Positions 54,042 to 63,265 of a stretch of DNA of 64,000 nt are shown in pieces. Position 1 is the first letter of the stretch; the number at the start of each line of letters is the position of its first letter. Position numbers and translations under genes: made by a program. Source of the stretch: Candidatus Latescibacterota bacterium (lineage in GTDB: Bacteria > Latescibacterota > UBA2968 > GCA-2709665); NCBI GenBank assembly GCA_965226795.1, contig CBDDDZ010000005.1, forward strand, positions 1,536,001-1,600,000, written 5' to 3'. The notes under the pieces were generated by a model. The model searched no databases and was not told the origin of the DNA. It was given only the letters and a program-made list of their open reading frames with translations.

Positions 54042-54440
54042 CTACAATTGACGGGCGTCGGGCATGGCGGCCATCTTTTGATCCAGCGTCAGGACTTGCA
54101 TGTCAGCGCGTGAATAGTCGTCGGCGATAAGCCGGTCAAACAGGCCCGCGCCGCCGGAAGCCTCAAGGGATTCGATAACCGAGCGCCCGTTCAGAGGGGA
54201 GACCAGGCCGCTGCGCAGCGCGTCGAGTAATGAGGTTCGTGCATCGGCTTTTGATACGCCATAGTGGTGCTGTACCGCAACGTAGGTCTCACCAACGACC
54301 TGGTTTGAAACGAAGATCTCGTGGCCATGCTCGTTGACCAGCGCACCAAGTTTGCTTACGCAATACGCGAAGTCTTCTTGCGGGTCTCTGGTGAGTAACC
54401 GCACGAGAACTGACGTGTCAATCCCGAAGCGAAGGGTCAT
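54042..54440 (-). CDS. PIN-domain (VapC-like) toxin
   Basis: GIDTSVLVRLL...VVGETY...FDRLIA...LTLDQK. Confidence 0.88.
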   Translation of the reverse strand: MTLRFGIDTSVLVRLLTRDPQEDFAYCVSKLGALVNEHGHEIFVSNQVVGETYVAVQHHYGVSKADARTSLLDALRSGLVSPLNGRSVIESLEASGGAGLFDRLIADDYSRADMQVLTLDQKMAAMPDARQL

Positions 54441-54660
54441 ACGATTGCTCCCGGAAGTCCTGGAGATCAAACGTCCCACGTCCGCGCCGGATCTTTTCGC
54501 GCAACGTACCGAGACGGGAGTGATCGATGCGTCTGGGCCTCAGGGCGAACCCGTCGGGCCCTTCTACGATTTCGAGTTGGTCGCCCGGGCCGACCCCAAG
54601 AGCGTCCAGCACCCGCGCAGGAAAGGTCACCTGGCGTTTTGAAGTTATTTTGACAATCAT
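54418..54660 (-). CDS. AbrB/MazE/SpoVT-family antitoxin
   Basis: KITSKRQVTFPARVLDALGVGPGDQLE; GGAGG RBS. Confidence 0.9.
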   Translation of the reverse strand: MIVKITSKRQVTFPARVLDALGVGPGDQLEIVEGPDGFALRPRRIDHSRLGTLREKIRRGRGTFDLQDFREQSYDPSLRD

Positions 54661-54705
54661 GGCATACCTCCTTACTGATAATGATAATAAAGTAAGGTGA
54701 AAGCG

Positions 54706-57700
54706 TCAAGTCTGGCGTCTGATCAATCCCATAGAGCAGATGATTCGCGGTTCATCAGGTTCATCCTCACCGTGGATGATACAAAGCCGCCCATCCCCCC
54801 GCATTTCGATGACCAGTCCGACCAAGTCGTCATCCGAGATTCCACTGCGCAATTGGCGGTTCAGCGTATCCACCGCGGATTGGCGCAGCGGATATCGGTA
54901 TATCTCGCCCACTGCCCTGCGAAGTTGTTCTGTATCGAAGAGTGTGCCCTCGACCCTCTCGGCGTGATTCTTAAGCCGTTCATAGGTGCGGAAGTGCGCA
55001 CCCGAGGGTCGTCCCAGTTGGCCCCCGACCTGATTCTCCTCCTTCGCTATGCGCTCAGCGGCTTTTCGTACAAGATCGTGATGGGTTTCGTGCCGGGGAA
55101 GCGCCGGTGTATTCGGTTTGCATTCGGCGGCCCGGAGAATTTCGAACTGGCTTTCGGTGACGCTGCCCCCTTTCCGATCCATCCACGCGAGGGCATCATT
55201 GTCCTGTGTTGTGCGCATGTATACGAGTACACCGTCCTGCCGGGCCGGTGTATGTGAGCCGGCTTTGGAGGAATGGACGACGTCCGGCATCTGCTCCACC
55301 TTCTTCTCCAGCGACGGATCGGCAGTCGTGGCGTTTCTCCAGATCTGGTAGGCATACGACGCAAGATCCACCTCGGAATCGTCATCGCCATCGAGGACTC
55401 CGGTCTGTTCGTTATATAGATCGACCACCGCAAGAGTGTCCTCGTCCTCAAAAAAGGCTTCGTCGGTTCCGACCACTTCGGCGTTCTCTTCGAGGCGCTG
55501 CCGTACCCGGGCTCGCAGCCGAATCAGACGTTCGATGCCCTCCGCGGGAAGGAAGGAATAGCAGAGGATGTTCGGCGCCGATTGGCCGATTCGGTCCACG
55601 CGGCCGGCTCTCTGGATCAGCCGGATGATTGCCCAGGGAAGGTCGTAATTGACGACAATGGCGCAATCCTGAAGGTTCTGTCCCTCGCTCAACACATCCG
55701 TGGCAACCAGCACCCGGAGTTCCTCCTCCGGCGCGATCTGCCCGCCTTTGTCGTTGCTTTTGGGACTGAACCGCCAGGCCAAGCGAGTGGGATCCGCGGA
55801 GTCGCCCGTAACGCCCGACAGCCGTTCGACGCCTCTACCCATTAACCGACGTTCCAGGTATTGCACGGTGTCGGCGAACTGCGTGAACACCAGAACCTTC
55901 TCACCTGGATGTTTATCCACAAGGATCTTCTGCAGAGCGGCAAGCTTGGCATCCTGAGACGGAATCCATTCACCGAATCCCTCCAGCATTTCACGTAACG
56001 TTCTCGCATCCGTCACCAGGGCTTGCCGAAGTGTCTCGTCGAAATGACGCGGGCTGAGCCAGCGAAATCGCCTGCTGTATCGTTCGCGGTAGGCATCGTA
56101 GACTTGTGCGGCGTGCCGCCGGAAGTCTTCTTCGGTTCTCAGAACGTGTTGTGTATGAACTTCGCCCCTGCCGTCCTCTTCTTCTTCAAAAATGTCGCCG
56201 GCAGCGCCGTCCGGATCCGCGTCGAAAGATTGAGGGTCCAGAAGCCCGGCGTCGGTTGTGCCGACCGGCAGATCCAGACCGTTTTCGATGGCGTGGATAA
56301 AGATGAAGTTCCTCAGCACATGCCGCTCGACCGACAGCAGGAACGAATGACCGCTGCTTTCAAGGCGTTTGAGCAGGTTCGTCCGGCAGAATCCCATCAG
56401 GCGCCTGCCTGCCCGTGAAAGGTCTTGCAGGATTTGGCCTTCGTTCGGCGATGGCGGCGGATCGGCCAAGGAGGTCAAGTAGTTTGCCAGACCGTAGCGC
56501 GGGAGTTCCAACCCGTTGATTGCGGACACGACGTTTTCGTCAAAGAGCCGCGCGTACTGGTTGTCGATATCGAAGCCGACGGTCCTGGGAACGCGGACCG
56601 GGAAATAGGATCGCGTTCCGTCTTCGAATGTCAGATATCTTCGCCCGTTAGCTGGATCCAACGTGGCGTAGTTTTCTTGAATGAAACTGCGGGTTCGACG
56701 TACGAGGTACAGGCGCATCAATTCACGCCAGTCGTCGGTATATTCCGAATGGTCGAATGCCGCAAGTGACCGGACAGAAGCCTGGTGGCGGCGAATGAAT
56801 TCGGTCTCACCGATCTCTCGCAACAGGCGTTCAGGTCGGATGCCCAGGTCTTCATTCTCATGCACAAACAATCGGATCTGGTTTGAGAGATCCTGGTACG
56901 TCTTGTTATATGGCGTAGCCGAAAGCAGAATGCACTTGCTTTCGTTTTCCCGGATGTATTCCTGAATTGCACGGTACCGCTTTCCCTCACGGTTTCTCAG
57001 ATTGTGACTCTCGTCAATCACAACCAGCCTGTACCGGCGCATGTCAGGGAGTTCCCGGGGCGCACGGCTGATCGAAAGCACGCGCGCACGTAACCGATAC
57101 TCGTCACGATAGTCCTCCCACATCGGCACCAGGTTCTTGGGGCAGATAATCAGCGTTTCAACCCCATAATCGTCTTCAAACACCCGCGCTAAAGCCGTGG
57201 CCATCAGCGTTTTACCGAGCCCCACGACGTCGCCGATTATGACGCCGCCACGCTTGTTCAGGTGATGCGCGGCAATCTTGACGGCGGCCGTCTGGAAATC
57301 GAGCAGTTTGTTGCCGAAATCTTTCGGAATGCGGAATTCCGTCAAACCCACCCGGGCTTCCTGCGATAGATGGTATGCCATCTTCACATAAATGTGGTAC
57401 GGGGGGATCAACCGCACCCCCGCCCAACTCTCATCGATGATCTCCGCGAGTTCCTCAGAGATATCGACGCACCAGCGGTCGCACCAGCGATCTTCGAACC
57501 ATTGGGCGAGCTTCCCACATGCATCGTGCTCAAGAACGTCCACGTTGAGTTCGCCCTGGCCGGAAAGACCGGCTTGCGTAAGATTGCTGCTGCCCAGGTA
57601 CCCGACCGTTGGATTGATGGGATCCTGCCGGAAAAGCATGTAGAGCTTGGCATGGAGCGGATGTCTGAGGAAGAGTTTGACAACGACCTTTTTGGACTTG

Positions 57701-58068
57701 ATCTGCCTTGACAACCTGCGCAGCCCGGCCTCGTCCGCGTTGCTCGGCGCACCCGTGGCCAATTGGTCTCTGAATTCCTCGGCCAGACGTTTCTTCAGCC
57801 GAATGGCGGTCTGATTATCGAGTTTCCCATCCTGGGCGGTCAGACTCCTGGCGATTCGAAACTCCTCGTGCGGCAAGCGATGTATGCCCACCAGCAGGCG
57901 GCAACAGTGTCCCTCCCCACCCTTCCATTTTTCAACATATTCATCGATCGCCCGCCACCCGCGCAGGTTGAAATAACCCACGCAGAAATCCGCGCGGTCG
58001 GAAACCGCCAGGGTCTCCGCCAAAGCCGGCAAGAGACGCTGTTCGATATTGTCGAAAATACGTGGCAT
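54706..58068 (-). CDS. PLD-nuclease + SNF2-like helicase
   Basis: CVGYF, LHAKLY, GSSNLT (PLD-like); DVVGLGKT, IDESH, LSATP, SEGQNLQ, QRAGRVDRIG. Confidence 0.92.
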   Translation of the reverse strand: MPRIFDNIEQRLLPALAETLAVSDRADFCVGYFNLRGWRAIDEYVEKWKGGEGHCCRLLVGIHRLPHEEFRIARSLTAQDGKLDNQTAIRLKKRLAEEFRDQLATGAPSNADEAGLRRLSRQIKSKKVVVKLFLRHPLHAKLYMLFRQDPINPTVGYLGSSNLTQAGLSGQGELNVDVLEHDACGKLAQWFEDRWCDRWCVDISEELAEIIDESWAGVRLIPPYHIYVKMAYHLSQEARVGLTEFRIPKDFGNKLLDFQTAAVKIAAHHLNKRGGVIIGDVVGLGKTLMATALARVFEDDYGVETLIICPKNLVPMWEDYRDEYRLRARVLSISRAPRELPDMRRYRLVVIDESHNLRNREGKRYRAIQEYIRENESKCILLSATPYNKTYQDLSNQIRLFVHENEDLGIRPERLLREIGETEFIRRHQASVRSLAAFDHSEYTDDWRELMRLYLVRRTRSFIQENYATLDPANGRRYLTFEDGTRSYFPVRVPRTVGFDIDNQYARLFDENVVSAINGLELPRYGLANYLTSLADPPPSPNEGQILQDLSRAGRRLMGFCRTNLLKRLESSGHSFLLSVERHVLRNFIFIHAIENGLDLPVGTTDAGLLDPQSFDADPDGAAGDIFEEEEDGRGEVHTQHVLRTEEDFRRHAAQVYDAYRERYSRRFRWLSPRHFDETLRQALVTDARTLREMLEGFGEWIPSQDAKLAALQKILVDKHPGEKVLVFTQFADTVQYLERRLMGRGVERLSGVTGDSADPTRLAWRFSPKSNDKGGQIAPEEELRVLVATDVLSEGQNLQDCAIVVNYDLPWAIIRLIQRAGRVDRIGQSAPNILCYSFLPAEGIERLIRLRARVRQRLEENAEVVGTDEAFFEDEDTLAVVDLYNEQTGVLDGDDDSEVDLASYAYQIWRNATTADPSLEKKVEQMPDVVHSSKAGSHTPARQDGVLVYMRTTQDNDALAWMDRKGGSVTESQFEILRAAECKPNTPALPRHETHHDLVRKAAERIAKEENQVGGQLGRPSGAHFRTYERLKNHAERVEGTLFDTEQLRRAVGEIYRYPLRQSAVDTLNRQLRSGISDDDLVGLVIEMRGDGRLCIIHGEDEPDEPRIICSMGLIRRQT

Positions 58069-58561
58069 CAGGCCGTCCTTCTATGGTCTCAGGTCAGCAC
58101 CGTCTTTAGATTGCAAGAATTCGACAATACCAGATATAGGCAAGAATACGGCGTATGTCAACCGGGGGGTGTCAAGAATATTGTGTAAGTGGCGTTGGTG
58201 GATCAATGAAAAGGGACGCGATCGTCGAACATGATGGCGAAGCGATTCAGTGCGGCTTTCCAGTTGATTACGGGTTTGGTCCAGCGTTTGCTGATGTTGC
58301 GAAGGGCCAGAAACAGGAGCTTGATGGCGGCTTCATCGGAAGGGAACGCGCCCCGATTTTTAGTGATCTTGCGCAACGACCGGTTCATGGACTCAATGGC
58401 ATTGGTGGTGTAGATGACTTTGCGGATGTCTTTGGGATAGGCGAAGAACGGGATGATATGCTCCCAGTGCTTGCGCCACGATTTTGAAATGGAGGGATAG
58501 TGTTCATCCCAGGTCGCTTCGAAGGCGCTCAGGTTCATCTCTGCTTCTTCGACGGTGGCGG

Positions 58562-58594
58562 CCTGCCTGCGCCGTGCTGTACTCGGCAGGCAGG
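58562..58594. repeat. 33-bp palindromic micro-insertion (in frame)
   Basis: CCTGCCTGC-15 nt-GCAGGCAGG; removal restores KPIYQAATVEEA. Confidence 0.88.
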
Positions 58595-59200
58595 CCTGGT
58601 AAATCGGCTTAAGATCGGCGGCGACGTTTTTCCGGTCCTTCCAGGTCACAAAGCGTAGCGCGTTGCGGACCAGATGCACGATGCATAAAGTTGTACCTGG
58701 GTCTTGGGGTATACCGTCTCAATGGCCTTAGGGAAGCCTTCCAGGCCATCGACGCAGACGATAAAGATGTCCTTAAGGCCCCGGTTCTGCAACTGCGTAA
58801 GCACCGACAGCCAAAATTTGGCACCCTCGCTTTTTGAGACCCACAGCCCGATGAGCTCCTTCTCACCGTGCAGATTAAGGCCTAAGGCCAGATAGATGGC
58901 CTTCTTCTGCACGGTGCCTTCGTCGCGGATTTTGACGAAGAGCGCATCCAGGTAAACGATGGGATAGACCTCGTCCAAAGGCCGATTCTGCCAGGCTTTG
59001 ACCTCGTCGATAACCCCATCGGTGATGTTGGAGATCAGCTGTGGTGAGACGTTGACGCCATACATCTCTTCCAAATGCCCCTGGATCTCCCGATCGGTCA
59101 TGCCACGGGCATATAACGAGATGACTTTGTCGTCAAAACCCTTCAGACGCCGTTGATGTTTGGGCACGATGTGCGGCTCAAAATCGCCGTTGCGGTCCCG

Positions 59201-59219
59201 CCTGCCTGCAGCAGGCAGG
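59201..59219. repeat. 19-bp palindromic micro-insertion
   Basis: CCTGCCTGC-A-GCAGGCAGG; removal restores [13 protein letters not shown]. Confidence 0.9.
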
Positions 59220-59807
59220 CGGCACAGCAAGGGTCACTTCATTCTGGTCGGTCTTGACCTTTTTGCACGTCTTGCCATTTCTTGAATTGCCGCTGCCTCG
59301 ACCTGCTGGATCGCCTTTCTCATACCCCAGGTGATCGGCCATCTCATCCTCGAGCATTCGCTCCAACACCCGTTTTGTCAGCTGCTTGAGGATCCCGTTT
59401 TCACCCAGAAGATCTTCGGCGCGTTTGCCGTCATCGACCAGGTCGTCAACCAACTCGTCCAGCAGCGCCTCACGGTCTTTTTCCTTGTTGGCCATATCTT
59501 CTCCTCTCGGAATGATCGTTTGCGTTACTATACGCATTCCTGAAGGTTATGACCTCTTACACAAACTAATTTACACTCTCGTCAACCGGCCAGTTTTACA
59601 CTCTCCTACCCTATAAAATATTATATTGTTGATAACAATATGCTTAGCGTGACTTTCACCAGGTTTCTTACTGTGTCCAGCGGTGTTCTGCACGTAGTGT
59701 CACCCTATAGGACGAATAGTTAGAATCTCCTTCTCTTGCCGAATCAGCTACATCTTCCGATGAAACGGTTCCGAGTGTAAGGTTCAAAAAAGCAGATCAA
59801 ACAATAA

Positions 59808-59842
59808 AATGGCCATTCAAACGAGAAATTTGAATGGCCATT
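59808..59842 (-). terminator. 14-bp perfect hairpin, probable terminator
   Basis: AATGGCCATTCAAA-7 nt-TTTGAATGGCCATT, with a T-rich tail on the - strand. Confidence 0.55.
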
Positions 59843-60088
59843 GTTAAAACAAAAGTTGGACGAAAGTCTCGCCTGCTCCTGCGCAGCGCCTTCATATGTG
59901 TTTTTCTTCTTGTCCACAAACTGACAGTTTGTTTTACGAGACGCTGCTGACCGAGCACAACATCCAATGGTATCGCGAACTGTCAGTTCGCGGGATGCAA
60001 GCAGCCTCTCCTTACAGGCAAGTCAGATCTTGATTCGACCTCTCATGGGGTTTGTCAGGCTAATTCAAACGATATTTAGAACAATGGG

Positions 60089-61150
60089 TCACGCGGATTG
60101 TTGGACAATTGTCTGGAGGCGTTCGTGAAAATGCGAGAGTATATCGCCCGTCTTCTCCGCGATCGCAATAGGTGTTTGCTTACAAAAGTCGAACTCCCAT
60201 TTATAGGCTGTCACCCACGTACCTCGTCGATTTCGGGTCACTTGGCCCTTTACTGGACACGTTGAACACGATTTTGTGACAGAAGGACGAAGTTCTGCCC
60301 ACCTTTCGGCGATTTCTTCATTCTTGATAGCGGCCTTTAGGCAAAACGTGTCCCAGTTGAATTCCCAGTAGAGTTCAATTGCATCGGTTTTGGGGCTACA
60401 CGCTATCCACCCCTTCTGCCAGTTCATGACCGGATTATTACTTCCACTATATATCGCCCAATTTTGATGGTGTCCGTTCTCAAGATGCTCCCGCAACTTG
60501 CCATAGTACATATAGAAAACTGAAAATCCGGGTCGATAACCCTCGTTGCGCAGGCGCGGGTCCCACGGATGATCTAGCAACTGAAGAACCTTGTCAATTT
60601 CGTTAGTGCGGGTTTGTTCCGCTTCTAGTGATGCAATCCACCCATCGTATATGTTGCACCTGCCCGCAATCGGAAGATTTGAGAAGACTTCCAGCGCGTA
60701 AAGTAGATCAATCGTGCGAAATCCGCAGCGCAGAAATTCCCTGCTCTTGTGTCCGATGGTGAACTGTGCTGCTCCAACTGCAAGCGAAATCACAGCAAAG
60801 TGCGCGTTCGGTACTCGCTCAGAAAATGCCTTTTCGCTCCGCTGCAATTGTTCGAGACTTACATCCGAATCAGTCTTGCATTCGATCAGTAGATATGTCT
60901 TTTCGTCATCTATCCTGTCCATTTCCAAAACGAGGTCGATACGAAGTCGCCGACCGAAAGAGTACTCTCGTATCGCCTTGCCCCGCCTGAGTCCTACACC
61001 TTGCAGGAGGTCGGGGGCGAGCCCTGAAATGACTGCCGTTCGTTCATCAAGTGGGAGACGCGAACTCTCACAATCAAGGAGCCAGGCGATCACACCGGTG
61101 TGGATCTTTTCGAGTTAGAAACCGACGATATCGACAAATGTCTTCGCCAC
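60089..61150 (-). pseudogene. PD-(D/E)XK nuclease-family protein with an early nonsense codon
   Basis: GGAGGTG RBS, then GTG-AKTFVDIVGF*LEKIHTGVIAWLL (TAA at 61115-17); REY...RIDLVL...IECKTDS motif. Confidence 0.7.
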
Positions 61151-61463
61151 CTGATGCGTTCACCTCCATCCACAACGCTGGAATTGTCTTCGCGTTAGTC
61201 CGGAATCTATTGACTCATTCGAGCGATGTCAAGATATCCAATAACGGTGATCGAATTCTTCATTCTCAACTGCATCACGATTCTTCAAATAAACGCCTTT
61301 AAGCGAATTGAATCCAGGTGGACTTAGCGATTCCTTTGAGTATCTTGGGGCCTAATTCCGCATAAATCTACTACGCCAACATATTGCGGATCAACAAGAT
61401 ATTCAGGAGATTTACAAAAAGAACGGAAATTTGGTTGGCCGCATCAGATGTCGATGCAATATC

Positions 61464-62633
61464 TCACGGCATCTGGCCAGACGGACGGTCCGGACCCGGG
61501 CGAAAGTCAGGAACATTCATGAGCTTGCCGCCCTCTTCAATCGAATCGAACGCCCGGATGGCCGGCGCGATCGTCTCCATCGCTCTGTAGACATCCAGCG
61601 CCTGCGGCTTGCCCTCACGCACGGCATCCCTGAAATGCGCGTGAACGTAGTAGTCGGCATCACCGTGGCCGCTGCCCCGGGCGTCTGAAGGCGCATCCGT
61701 GCGCTGATATTGCCAGTCCACCTCCGCCCAGTCGTTCATTTGCGCATCGGCGAACCACACCTTGGGCTTCTCCTGGAGCGACCGCCGCCATTCCATGCTG
61801 CCCTTCGTGCCGATGAACTGCCACCAGTGGTGGTCGCCGTGCGGCCTGGGCTGCGTAAACCCGCACAGCATGCGAATCAACGTGTCCTTCTCCGTCTTCA
61901 TTAATGCGACCTGAATATCGGGGCAGGCGATCTGGGGCCAGGCGTAACTTGGCTGCTTCGTGCCCATCCCCACCACCTCCACCACCCGGTCGTCCAGGAC
62001 CTTCAGCACCAAAGACATATCGTGCGACCCGATACCGCCAATGATCACTGGCAGAGTGTGCAGCACCGTCGGTTCGGCTTCGGGATGGTCGGGCAGCGCC
62101 CCGACCGGATACTGCCTGCCGGTCTTGAAATCCTGGAAAAACTGGTGGGTGCCGTACCACCCCACATACTGGCCCTCGGCGTAGGTAATCTTGCCGAGCC
62201 GTCCCTCTGCCACCAACTGCCTCCAGCCCTCCACAACCCCCCAGAAACGCGTCTGCTCCGCCAGGCTGTACACCAGCCCGGTCCGCTCCACGTCGGTCAC
62301 AATCCGCCAGCAGTCCGCCATGGTGAACGCCGCCGGGACCTCGGAATTCACGTGTTTTCCCGCCTCCAGCGCCTGCGCCGCCATTGCCCCCACCTCCATC
62401 TGCCTCACGCACAGGCCAACCGCTTCCATCCCTTCGAACGTCAGGAAATCCTCGTAATTCGCAAAAACCTTCACATCGCCGCCGTAACGGATCTCCCCTA
62501 ATGCCCGTTCCCGCAGCGGCTCAATCCAGTCGTAGATCGCGGTGATCCGGTAGCCCGGGATCTCCTGCAACAATCGGATCCAGTTCAGTGCCCGGTGACC
62601 CAGCCCGGCAATTCCGATCCGTATCTCATCCAT
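61464..62633 (-). CDS. Gfo/Idh/MocA family oxidoreductase
   Basis: IRIGIAGLGHR, ALEAGKHVNSEVP, GHGDAD. Confidence 0.88.
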   Translation of the reverse strand: MDEIRIGIAGLGHRALNWIRLLQEIPGYRITAIYDWIEPLRERALGEIRYGGDVKVFANYEDFLTFEGMEAVGLCVRQMEVGAMAAQALEAGKHVNSEVPAAFTMADCWRIVTDVERTGLVYSLAEQTRFWGVVEGWRQLVAEGRLGKITYAEGQYVGWYGTHQFFQDFKTGRQYPVGALPDHPEAEPTVLHTLPVIIGGIGSHDMSLVLKVLDDRVVEVVGMGTKQPSYAWPQIACPDIQVALMKTEKDTLIRMLCGFTQPRPHGDHHWWQFIGTKGSMEWRRSLQEKPKVWFADAQMNDWAEVDWQYQRTDAPSDARGSGHGDADYYVHAHFRDAVREGKPQALDVYRAMETIAPAIRAFDSIEEGGKLMNVPDFRPGPDRPSGQMP

Positions 62634-62688
62634 TGTTGTCTCTCCGTCGCCAATCAGGCACCCAGTAACCCCGGGATTCCCGTCCGAA

Positions 62689-63186
62689 CTATTCCAGTTC
62701 CCGCACGGTTAACGACCGGACGGTCACCGTCGATCCCCACGCCGGGCCGATGCCCACCGGGCCGAACAGGCCCCGATAATTGACCGGGTGAAAATCGTCC
62801 CCGGTCTCACCAGCGTTTGTATACCGAGGTTCATCGTCAACCAGAACCTGCATCTGGTTCTCCCGGATCACCCACGTTATCTTCACCCACGTGTCTTCGT
62901 GAACCCGTCCCTGGTCCTTCACGTGAAACGCATGGCCGTAAACCGGTTCGTAACACGCCATCTGCCCTGGCGCAGCCTCCCAGTTGAAGATGATATGACC
63001 CTTGGCAAAATGCAATCGCAGATTCGTGGAATCCGTCTTCGCGATCGCCTCGATCATAAGTGGGACGGCGTATGCCTCCGGTGTTCGGGCGTATCCGTAT
63101 CCGGACAGCCTGAGGTGTACTCCATCCGAACTGACGCTGCATTCACTGACCGGCAACATTTCAGAAAGTAAAATCTCTGCCATCAC
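62689..63186 (-). CDS. Hypothetical protein, beta-rich (ConA/laminin G-like)
   Basis: 165 aa, co-oriented with neighbours; WVKITWVI...VLVDD...VTVRSLTV pattern. Confidence 0.6.
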   Translation of the reverse strand: MMAEILLSEMLPVSECSVSSDGVHLRLSGYGYARTPEAYAVPLMIEAIAKTDSTNLRLHFAKGHIIFNWEAAPGQMACYEPVYGHAFHVKDQGRVHEDTWVKITWVIRENQMQVLVDDEPRYTNAGETGDDFHPVNYRGLFGPVGIGPAWGSTVTVRSLTVRELE

Positions 63187-63265
63187 TGATTCCTTTAACC
63201 GTTTCTGCGCGAACGGCTTCAGTTTAACGGTTACAACCGGATGACCCTTTCACACCGGTCCACCC

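Larger units (their letters stand above)
58203..59495 (-). pseudogene. IS256 transposase, disrupted
   Basis: LGYEK...[44 protein letters not shown]; 19-bp and 33-bp palindrome insertions and a 2-bp insertion near 58688. Confidence 0.93.
58165..59580 (-). mobile_element. IS256-family insertion sequence
   Basis: Imperfect TIRs GGGGGTGTCAAGAATATTGTGTAAG / GAGAGTGTAAATTAGTTTGTGTAAG; 8-bp TSD GTCAACCG at 58157-64 and 59581-88. Confidence 0.93.

Noticed and set aside
56404..56412. CCTGCCTGC inside the helicase gene as a fifth micro-element
   Set aside because: Half-site only; encodes ordinary SRAGRRLMG with no sign of insertion
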